The notes under the pieces are model-generated. The model searched no databases. It was not told where the DNA came from and was given only the letters and a program-made list of their open reading frames with translations. The position numbers were made by a program, and so were the translations under genes. A stretch of 64,000 nt of DNA from Utricularia gibba (lineage: Eukaryota > Plantae > Magnoliophyta), in assembly GCA_002189035.1 (NCBI GenBank), contig NEEC01000112.1:1-64000 (forward strand), written 5' to 3'. Of this stretch, positions 12,887-24,200 are shown piece after piece; the first letter of the stretch is position 1, and each line of letters opens with the position of its first letter.

Positions 12887-15800
12887 AAATGCATCACGAT
12901 TTTCATAGACTAGGACCCGATTGGGCTCAGGAGCCAGACCGATCCTTGGGCCCTTTCAAAGCTACCAACGACAGCACCCGCCTTAAAACGGCAAGCTGTT
13001 GCTTAAAAAACCATTTAGGCAGCCGCCGAAAACCCAACGTTGATAAATGCATCACTTATTTTCCGGGCTACAACTGACTATGGGCCTGAGCCCGACCTGA
13101 CCTCTGGCCCAATCCCGAACCCCCAAGAGCGCCTTCTGAAATATAAAGTAGAGTGTTGAGAAAACCCAATGGGGTTCTCATGACATCCTAACTAAAGCAA
13201 ATGCATTACGATTTCGTCGAGTACGACCCGATTGGGCTTAGTAGCCAGACCGAATCTCGGGCCCTGACAAAGCTCCCAACTACAGCACCCACCTTAAAAC
13301 GGCAAGCTGTTGCTTGAAAAACCATTTGGCAGCCGCCGAAAACCCAACGTTGATAAATGCATCACTTATTTTCCGGGCTACAACTGACTATGGGCCTGAG
13401 CCCGACCCGACCTCTGGCCCAATCCCGAAACCCTCGAGCGCCTTCTCAAATATAAAGTAGAGTGTTGAGAAAACCCATTGGGGTTCTCATGACATCCTAA
13501 CTAAAGCAAATGCATTACGATTTCGTCGAGTACGACCCGATTGGGCTTAGTAGCCAGATCGAATCTCGGGCCCTGACAAAGCTCCCAACTATAGCACCCG
13601 CCTTAAAACGGCAAGCTATTGCTTGAAAAACCATTTAGGCAGCCGCTGAAAACCCAACGTTGATAAATGCATCACTTATTTTCCGGGCCACAACTGACTA
13701 TGGGCCTGAGCCCGACCCGACCACTGGACCAATCCCGATACCCCCAAGAGCGCCTTCTCAAATATATAGCAGAGTGTTGAGAAAACCATTGGGGTTCTCA
13801 TGACATCCTCACTACAGCAAATGCGTTACGATTTTCGTCGAGTGCGACCGATTGGCTTAGTAGCCAGACCGAATCTCGGGCCGGAAAAAGCTCCCAACGA
13901 CAGCACCCGCCTTTAAATGGCAAGCTGTTGCTTGAAAAACCATGTGGGCAGCCGCCGACAACCCAACGTTAATAAATGCATCACTTCTTTTGCCGGGCTA
14001 CAGCTGACTATGGGCTCAAGCCCGACCCGAATCCGGCCCGATCTCGGTGACCCACAAAAGCGCCTTGTCAAGTGTAAAGCATGCTGTTGAAAAAACCATT
14101 TGGGGTGGTCATGAGATCCTAACTTCAATAAAGGCATCACGATTTACGTCGAATGGGATCGGATTGTGCTGTGAAGTCAGACCGACCTTGGGTCCGGACG
14201 AAGTTCCCAACAACAGCACCCGCAAAAAAACGACAACTTTTCCTCGAAAAAAGCATGTAGGCAGCCGCCGAAAACCCAACGTTAATAAATGCATCACTTT
14301 TTTGGCCGGGCTACAAATGACTATGGGCCAGAGCGCGACTCGACCATTTGCTCGATACTAGTGCCAGCCTAGAGCGCCTCCTCAAATATAAATCAGGTTG
14401 TTGAGAAAACCATTTGGGGTGCTCATGACATCCTAACTTCAAAAAATGCATCACGATTTTCATCGAGTAGCACCCGATTGGGCTCAGGAGCCAGACCGAA
14501 CCTTGGGCCCTTACAAAGCTGCCAACGACAGCACCCGCCTTAAAATGGCAAGCTATTGCTTGAAAAACCATTCAGGCAGCCGCCGAAAACCCAACGTTGA
14601 TAAATGCATCACTTATTTTCCGGGCTACAACTGACTATGGGCCATAGCCCGACCCGACCTCTGGCCCAATCCCGAAACCCCCCAAGAGCGCCTTCTGAAA
14701 TATAAAGTAGAGTGTTGAGAAAACCCATTGGGGTTCTCATGACATCCTAACTAAAGCAAATGCATTACGATTTCGTCGAGTACGACCCGATTGGGCTTAG
14801 TAGCCAGACCGAATCTCGGGCCCTGACAAAGCTCCCAACTACAGTACCCACCTTAAAACGGCAAGCTGTTGCTTGAAAAACCATTTAGGCAGCCGCCGAA
14901 AACCCAACGTTGATAAATGCATCACTTATTTTCCGGGCTACAACTGACTATGGGCCTAGCCCGACCCGACCTCTGGCCCAATCCTGAAACCCCCCAAGAG
15001 CGCCTTCTGAAATATAAAGTAGAGTGTTGAGAAAACCCATTGGGGTTCTCATGACATCCTAACTAAAGCAAATGCGTTACGATTTTCGTCGAGTGCGACC
15101 CGATTGGGCTTAGTAGCCAGACCGAATCTCGGGCCGGAAAAAGCTCCCAACGACAGCACCCGCCTTTAAATGGCAAGCTGTTGCTTGAAAAACCATGTGG
15201 GCAGCCGCCGAAAACCCAACGTTAATAAATGCATCACTTCTTTGCCGGGCTACAGCTGACTTGGGCAGAGCCCGACCCGAATTCTGGCCCGATCTCGGTG
15301 CCCCACAAAAGCGCCTTCTCAAGTGTAAAGCATGCTGTTGAAAAAACCATTTGGGGTGGTCATGAGATCCTAACTTCAATAAAGGTGTCACGATTTTCGT
15401 CGAATGGGATCGGATTGTGCTGTGAAGTCAGACCGAACCTTGGGTCCGGACGAAGTTCCCAACAACAGCACCCGCCAAAAACGACAACTTTTCCTTGAAA
15501 AAGCATATAGGCAGCCGCGAAAACCCAACGTTAATAAATGCATCACTTTTTTGGCCGGGCTACAAATGACTATGGGCTAGAGCGCGACTCGACCATTTGC
15601 TCGATACTAGTGCCAGCCTAGAGCGCCTCCTCAAATATAAATCAGGTTGTTGAGAAAAACATTTGGGGTGCTCATGACATCTAACTTCAAAAAATGCATC
15701 ACGATTTCATCGAGTAGCACCCGATTGGGCTCAGGAGCCAGACCGAACCTTGGGCCCTTACAAAGCTGCCAACGACAGCACCCGCCTTAAAATGGCAAGC

Positions 15801-18800
15801 TATTGCTTGAAAAACCATTCAGGCAGCCGCCGAAAACCCAACGTTGATAAATGCATCACTTATTTTCCGGGCTACAACTGACTATGGGCCTGAGCCCGAC
15901 CTGACCTCTGGCCCAATCCCGAAACCCCCAAGAGCGCCTTCTGAAATATAAAGTAGAGTGTTGAGAAAACCCATGGGGTTCTCATGACATCCTAACTAAA
16001 GCAAATGCATTACGATTTCGTCGAGTACGACCCGATTGGGCTTAGTAGCCAGACCGAATCTCGGGCCCTGACAAAGCTCCCAACTACAGCACCCACCTTA
16101 AAACGGCAAGCTGTTGCTTGAAAAACCATTTGGCAGCCGCCGAAAACCCAACGTTGATAAATGCATCACTTATTTTCCGGGCTACAACTGACTATGGGCC
16201 TGAGCCCGACCCGACCTCTGGCCCAATCCCGAAACCCTCCGAGCGCGCCTTCTCAAATAAAGTAGAGTGTTGAGAAAACCCATTGGGGTTCTCATGACAT
16301 CCTAACTAAAGCAAATGCATTACGATTTCGTCGAGTACGACCCGATTGGGCTTAGTATCCAGATCGAATCTCGGGCCCTGACAAAGCTCCCAACTATAGC
16401 ACCCGCCTTAAAACGGCAAGCTATTGCTTGAAAAACCATTTAGGCAGCCGCGAAAACCCAACGTTGATAAATGCATCTTTTATTTTCCGGGCCACAACTG
16501 ACTATGGGCCTGAGCCCGACCCGACCTGGACCAATCCCGAACCCCCCAAGAGCGCCTTCTCAATATATAGCAGAGTGTTGAGAAAACCAATTGGGGTTCT
16601 CATGACATCCTAACTACAACAAATGCATTACGATTTTCGTCGAGTGCGACCGATTGGGCTTAGTAGCCAGACCGAATCTCGGGCCGGACAAAGCTCCCAA
16701 CGACAGCACCCGCCTTTAAATGGCAAGCTGTTGCTTGAAAACCATGTGGGCAGCCGCCGAAAACCCAACGTTAATAAATGCATCACTTCTTTGCCGGGCT
16801 ACAGCTGACTTTGGGCACGAGCCCGACCCGAATTCTGGCCCGATCTCGGTGCCCCCACAAAAGCGCCTTCTCAAGTGTAAAGCATGCTGTTGAAAAAACC
16901 ATTTGGGGTGGTCATGAGATCCTAACTTCAATAAAGGTGTCACGATTTTCGTCGAATGGGATCGGATTGTGCTGTGAAGTCAGACCGAACCTTGGGTCCG
17001 GACGAAGTTCCCAACAACAGCACCCGCAAAAAAACGACAACTTTTCCTGAAAAAAGCATGAGGCAGCCGCCGAAAACCCAACGTTAATAAATGCATCACT
17101 TTTTTTGCCGGGCTACAAATGACTATGGGCCAGAGCGCGACTCGACCATTTGCTCGATACTAGTGCCAGCCTAGAGCGCCTCCTCAAATATAAATCAGGT
17201 TGTTGAGAAAAACATTTGGGGTGCTCATGACATCTAACTTCAAAAAATGCATCACGATTTTCATCGAGTAGCACCCGATTGGGCTCAGGAGCCAGACCGA
17301 ACCTTGGGCCCTTACAAAGCTGCCAACGACAGCACCCGCCTTAAAATGGCAAGCTATTGCTTGAAAAACCATTCAGGCAGCCGCCGAAAACCCAACGTTG
17401 ATAAATGCATCACTTATTTTCCGGGCTACAACTGACTATGGGCCATAGCCCGACCCGACCTCTGGCCCAATCCCGAAACCCCCCAAGAGCGCCTTCTGAA
17501 ATATAAAGTAGAGTGTTGAGAAAACCCATTGGGGTTCTCATGACATCCTAACTAAAGCAAATGCATTACGATTTCGTCGAGTACGACCCGATTGGGCTTA
17601 GTAGCCAGACCGAATCTCGGGCCCTGACAAAGCTCCCAACTATAGCACCCGCCTTAAAACGGCAAGCTATTGCTTGAAAAACCATTTAGGCAGCCGCGAA
17701 AACCCAACGTTGATAAATGCATCACTTATTTTCCGGGCCACAACTGACTATGGGCCTGAGCCCGACCCGACCACTGGACCAATCCCGATACCCCCCAAGA
17801 GCGCCTTCTCAATATATAGCAGAGTGTTGAGAAAACCAATTGGGGTTCTCATGACATCCTAACTACAACAAATGCATTACGTTTTTTCGTCGAGTGCGAC
17901 CGATTGGGCTTAGTAGCCAGACCGAATCTCGGGCCGGACAAAGCTCCCAACGACAGCACCCGCCTTTAAATGGCAAGCTGTTGCTTGAAAACCATGTGGG
18001 CAGCCGCCGACAACCCAACGTTAATAATGCATCACTTTTTTTGCCGGGCTACAACTGATTTTGGGCTCAAGACCGACCCGAATCCGGCCCGATCTCGGTG
18101 ACCCACAAAAGCGCCTCTCAAGTGTAAAGCATGCTGTTGAAAAAACCATTTGGGGTGGTCATGAGATCCTAACTTCAATAAAGGTATCACGATTTTCGTC
18201 GAATGGGACCGGATTGTGCTGTGAAGTCAGACCGAACCTTGGTCCGGACAAAGTTCCCAACGACAGCACCCACCAAAAAACGACAACTTTTCCTTCAAAA
18301 AGCATGTAGGCAGCCACCGAAAACCCAACGTTAATAAATGCATCACTTTTTGGCCGGGCTACAAATGACTATGGGCCAGAGCGCGACTCGACCATTTGCT
18401 CGATACTGGTGCCCGCCTAGAGCGCCTCCTCAAATATAAATCAGGTTGTTGAGAAAACCATTTGGGGTTCTCATGACATCCTAACTTCAAAATGCATCAC
18501 GATTTTCGTCGACCGATTGGGCTCAGGAGCAGACCGAACCTTGGGACCTTACAAAGCTCCCAACGACAGCACCCACCTTAAAACGGCAAGCTGTTGCTTG
18601 AAAAACCATTTGGCAGCCGCCGAAAACCCAACGTTGATAAATGCATCACTTATTTCCGGGCTACAACTGACTATGGGCCTGAGCCCGACCCGACCTCTGG
18701 CCCAATCCCGAAACCCTCCGAGAGCGCCTTCTGAAATATAAAGTAGAGTGTTGAGAAAACCCATTGGGGTTCTCATGACATCCTAACTAAAGCAAATGCA

Positions 18801-19104
18801 TTACGATTTCGTCGAGTACGACCCGATTGGGCTTAGTAGCCAGACCGAATCTCGGGCCTTGACAAAGCTGCCAACGACAGCACCCGCCTTTAAACGGCAA
18901 GCTGTTTCTTGAAAAACCATTTAGCAGCCGCCGAAAACCCAACGTTGATAAATGCATCACTTATTTTCCGGGCTACAACTGACTATGGGCCCGAGCGCGA
19001 CTCGACCATTTGCTCGATACTAGTGCCAGCCTAGAGCGCCTCCTCAAATATAAATCAGGTTGTTGAGAAAACCATTTGGGGTGCTCATGACATCCTAACT
19101 TCAA
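12887..19104. repeat. Diverged zone of alternating 10-mer (~1,555 bp) and 8-mer (~1,247 bp) HORs
   Basis: A-type starts at 12887, 14444, 15692, 17245, 18490 and 19105 give spacings of 1557, 1248, 1553, 1245 and 615. Private monomers C2/s2 (CAACTATAGCACCCGCC, CCGGGCCACAAC, GGACCAATCC) occur at ~13.6-13.7, 16.4-16.5 and 17.6-17.8 kb. Confidence 0.8.
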
Positions 19105-21295
19105 AAATGCATCACGATTTTCATCGAGTAGCACCCGATTGGGCTCAGGAGCCAGACCGAACCTTGGGCCCTTACAAAGCTGCCAAAGACAGCACCCGCC
19201 TTAAAATGGCAAGCTATTGCTTGAAAAACCATTCAGGCAGCCGCCGAAAACCCAACGTTGATAAATGCATCACTTATTTTCCGGGCTACAACTGACTATG
19301 GGCCATAGCCCGACCCGACCTCTGGCCCAATCCCGAAACCCCCAAGAGCGCCTTCTAAAATATAAAGTAGAGTGTTGAGAAAACCCATTGGGGTTCTCAT
19401 GACATCCTAACTAAAGCAAATGCATTACGATTTCGTCGAGTACGACCCGATTGGGCTTAGTAGCCAGACCGAATCTCGGGCCCTGACAAAGCTGCCAACG
19501 ACAACACCCGCCTTAAAATGGCAAGCTATTGCTTGAAAAACCATTTAGGCAGCCGCCGAAAACCCAACGTTGATAAATGCATCACTTATTTGGCCGGGCT
19601 ACAAATGACTATGGGCCAGAGCGCGACTCGACCATTTGCTCGATACTAGTGCCAGCCTAGAGCGCCTCCTCAAATATAAATCAGGTTGTTGAGAAAACCA
19701 TTTGGGGTTCTCATGACATCCTAACTTCAAAAAATGCATCACGATTTTCATCGAGTAGCACCCGATTGGGCTCAGGAGCCAGACCGAACCTTGGGCCCTT
19801 ACAAAGCTCCCAACTACAGCACCCACCTTAAAACGGCAAGCTGTTGCTTGAAAAACCATTTAGGCAGCCGCCGAAAACCCATCGTTGATAAATGCATCAC
19901 TTATTTTCCGGGCTACAACTGACTATTGGCCTGAGCCCGACCCGACCTCTGGCCCAATCCCGAAACCCCCAAGAGCGCCTTCTGAAATATAAAGTAGAGT
20001 GTTGAGAAAACCCATTGGGGTTCTCATGACATCCTAACTAAAGCAAATGCATTACGATTTCGTCGAGTACGACCCGATTGGGCTTAGTAGCCAGACCGAA
20101 TCTCGGGCCTGACAAAGCTGCCAACGACAACACCCGCCTTAAAATGGCAAGCTATTGCTTGAAAAACCATTTAGGCAGCCGCCGAAAACCCAACGTTGAT
20201 AAATGCATCACTTATTTGGCCGGGCTACAAATGACTATGGGCCAGAGCGCGACTCGACCATTTGCTCGATACTAGTGCCAGCCTAGAGCGCCTCCTCAAA
20301 TATAAATCAGGTTGTTGAGAAAACCATTTGGGGTGCTCATGACATCCTAACTTCAAAAAATGCATCACGATTTTCATCGAGTAGCACCCGATTGGGCTCA
20401 GGAGCCAGACCGAACCTTGGGCCCTTACAAAGCTGCCAACGACAGCACCCGCCTTAAAATGGCAAGCTATTGCTTGAAAAACCATTCAGGCAGCCGCCGA
20501 AAACCCAACGTTGATAAATGCATCACTTATTTTCCGGGCTACAACTGACTATGGGCCATAGCCCGACCCGACCTCTGGCCCAATCCCGAAACCCCCCAAG
20601 AGCGCCTTCTGAAATATAAAGTAGAGTGTTGAGAAAACCCATTGGGGTTCTCATGACATCCTAACTAAAGCAAATGCATTACGATTTCGTCGAGTACGAC
20701 CCGATTGGGCTTAGTAGCCAGATCGAATCTCGGGCCCTGACAAAGCTCCCAACTACAGCACCCGCCTTAAAACGGCAAGCTATTGCTTGAAAAACCATTT
20801 AGGCAGCCGCCGAAAACCCAACGTTGATAAATGCATCACTTATTTTCCGGGCTACAACTGACTATGGCCTGAGCCCGACCCGACCTCTGGCCCAATCCCG
20901 AAACCCCCCAAGAGCGCCTTCTGAAATATAAAGTAGAGTGTTGAGAAAACCCATTGGGGTTCTCATGACATCCTAACTAAAGCAAATGCATTACGATTTC
21001 GTCGAGTACGACCCGATTGGGCTTAGTAGCCAGACCGAATCTCGGGCCTTGACAAAGCTGCCAACGACAACCCGCCTTAAAATGGCAAGCTATTGCTTGA
21101 AAAACCATTTAGGCAGCCGCCGAAAACCCAACGTTGATAAATGCATCACTTATTTGGCCGGGCTACAAATGACTATGGGCCCGAGCGCGACTCGACCATT
21201 TGCTCGATACTAGTGCCAGCCTAGAGCGCCTCCTCAAATATAAATCAGGTTGTTGAGAAAACCATTTGGGGTGCTCATGACATCCTAACTTCAAA
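19105..21295. repeat. Second 4-mer HOR type A-r-C3-q' (~626 bp, two copies) plus one 6-mer (938 bp)
   Basis: A starts at 19105, 19732, 20358 and 21296. There are no D, p or B monomers here. C3 carries GCTGCCAACGACAACACCCG and q' begins CACTTATTTGGCCGGG. Confidence 0.85.
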
Positions 21296-24200
21296 AAATG
21301 CATCACGATTTTCATCGAGTAGCACCCGATTGGGCTCAGGAGCCAGACCGAACCTTGGGCCCTTACAAAGCTGCCAAGACAGCACCCGCCTTAAAATGGC
21401 AAGCTATTGCTTGAAAAACCATTCAGGCAGCCGCCGAAAACCCAACGTTGATAAATGCATCACTTATTTTCCGGGCTACAACTGACTATGGGCCATAGCC
21501 CGACCCGACCTCTGGCCCAATCCGAAACCCCCCAAAAGCGCCTTCTGAAATATAAAGTAGAGTGTTGAGAAAACCCATTGGGGTTCTCATGACATCCTAA
21601 CTAAAGCAAATGCATTACGATTTCGTCGAGTACGACCCGATTGGGCTTAGTAGCCAGACCGAATCTCGGGCCTTGACAAAGCTGCCAACGACAACACCCG
21701 CCTTAAAATGGCAAGCTATTGCTTGAAAAACCATTTAGGCAGCCGCCGAAAACCCAACGTTGATAAATGCATCACTTATTTGGCCGGGCTACAAATGACT
21801 ATGGGCCGAGCGCGACTCGACCATTTGCTCGATACTAGTGCCAGCCTAGAGCGCCTCCTCAAATATAAATCAGGTTGTTGAGAAAACCATTTGGGGTGCT
21901 CATGACATCCTAACTTCAAAAAATGCATCACGATTTTCATCGAGTAGCACCCGATTGGGCTCAGGAGCCAGACCGAACCTTGGGCCCTTACAAAGCTGCC
22001 AAAGACAGCACCCGCCTTAAAATGGCAAGCTATTGCTTGAAAAACCATTCAGGCAGCCGCCGAAAACCCAACGTTGATAAATGCATCACTTATTTTCCGG
22101 GCTACAACTGACTATGGGCCATAGCCCGACCCGACCTCTGGCCCAATCCCGAAACCCCCCAAGAGCGCCTTCTAAAATATAAAGTAGAGTGTTGAGAAAA
22201 CCCATTGGGGTTCTCATGACATCCTAACTAAAGCAAATGCATTACGATTTCGTCGAGTACGACCCGATTGGGCTTAGTAGCCAGACCGAATCTCGGGCCC
22301 TGACAAAGCTGCCAACGACAACACCCGCCTTAAAATGGCAAGCTATTGCTTGAAAAACCAATTAGGCAGCCGCCGAAAACCCAACGTTGATAAATGCATC
22401 ACTTATTTGGCCGGGCTACAAATGACTATGGGCCAGAGCGCGACTCGACCATTTGCTCGATACTAGTGCCAGCCTAGAGCGCCTCCTCAAATATAAATCA
22501 GGTTGTTGAGAAAACCATTTGGGGTGCTCATGACATCCTAACTTCAAAAAATGCATCACGATTTTCATCGAGTAGCACCCGATTGGGCTCAGGAGCCAGA
22601 CCGAACCTTGGGCCCTTACAAAGCTGCCAACGACAGCACCCGCCTTAAAATGGCAAGCTATTGCTTGAAAAACCATTCAGGCAGCCGCCGAAAACCCAAC
22701 GTTGATAAATGCATCACTTATTTTCCGGGCTACAACTGACTATGGGCCATAGCCCGACCCGACCTCTGGCCCAATCCCGAAACCCCCCAAGAGCGCCTTC
22801 TGAAATATAAAGTAGAGTGTTGAGAAAACCCATTGGGGTTCTCATGACATCCTAACTAAAGCAAATGCATTACGATTTCGTCGAGTACGACCCGATTGGG
22901 CTTAGTAGCCAGACCGAATCTCGGGCCCTGACAAAGCTCCCAACTATAGCACCCACCTTAAAACGGCAAGCTGTTGCTTGAAAAACCATTTAGGTAGCCG
23001 CCGAAAACCCATCGTTGATAAATGCATCACTTATTTTCCGGGCTACAACTGACTATTGGCCTGAGCCCGACCCGACCTCTGGCCCAATCCCGAAACCCTC
23101 CGAGAGCGCCTTCTCAAATATATAGCAGAGTGTTGAGAAAACCCATTGGGGTTCTCATGACATCCTAACTACATCAAATGCGTTACGATTTTCGTCGAGT
23201 GCGACCCGATTGGGCTTAGTAGCCAGACCGAATCTCGGGCCGGACAAAGCTCCCAACGACAGCACCCGCCTTTAAATGGCAAGCTGTTGCTTGAAAAACC
23301 ATGTGGGCAGCCGCCGACAACCCAACGTTAATAAATGCATCACTTCTTTTGCCGGGCTACAGCTGACTTTGGGCTCAAGCCCGACCCGAATCCGGCCCGA
23401 TCTCGGTGACCCACAAAAGCGCCTTGTCAAGTGTAAAGCATGCTGTTGAAAAAACCAGTTGGGGTGGTCATGAGATCCTAACTTCAATAAAGGCATCACG
23501 ATTTACGTCGAATGGTATCGGATTGTGCTGTGAAGTCAGACCGAACCTTGGGTCCGGACGAAGTTGCCAACAACAGCACCCGCAAAAAAACGACAACTTT
23601 TCCTCGAAAAAAGCATGTAGGCAGCCGCCGAAAACCCAACGTTAATAAATGCATCACTTTTTTGGCCGGGCTACAAATGACTATGGGCCAGAGCACGACT
23701 CGACCATTTGCTCGATACTAGTGCCAGCCTAGAGCGCCTCCTCAAATATAAATCAGGTTGTTGAGAAAACCATTTGGGGTGCTCATGACACCTAACTTCA
23801 AAAAATGCATCACGATTTTCATCGAGTAGCACCCGATTGGGCTTAGTAGCCAGACCGAATCTCGGGCCCTGACAAAGCTCCCAACTACAGCACCCACCTT
23901 AAAACGGCAAGCTGTCGCTTGAAAAACCATTTAGGCAGCCGCCGAAAACCCATCGTTGATAAATGCATCACTTATTTTCCGGGCTACAACTGACTATTGG
24001 CCTGAGCCCGACCCGACCTCTGGCCCAATCCCGAAACCCCCCAAGAGCGCCTTCTGAAATATAAAGTAGAGTGTTGAGAAAACCCATTGGGGTTCTCATG
24101 ACATCCTAACTAAAGCAAATGCATTACGATTTCGTCGAGTACGACCCGATTGGGCTTAGTAGCCAGACCGAATCTCGGGCCCTGACAAAGCTGCCAACGA

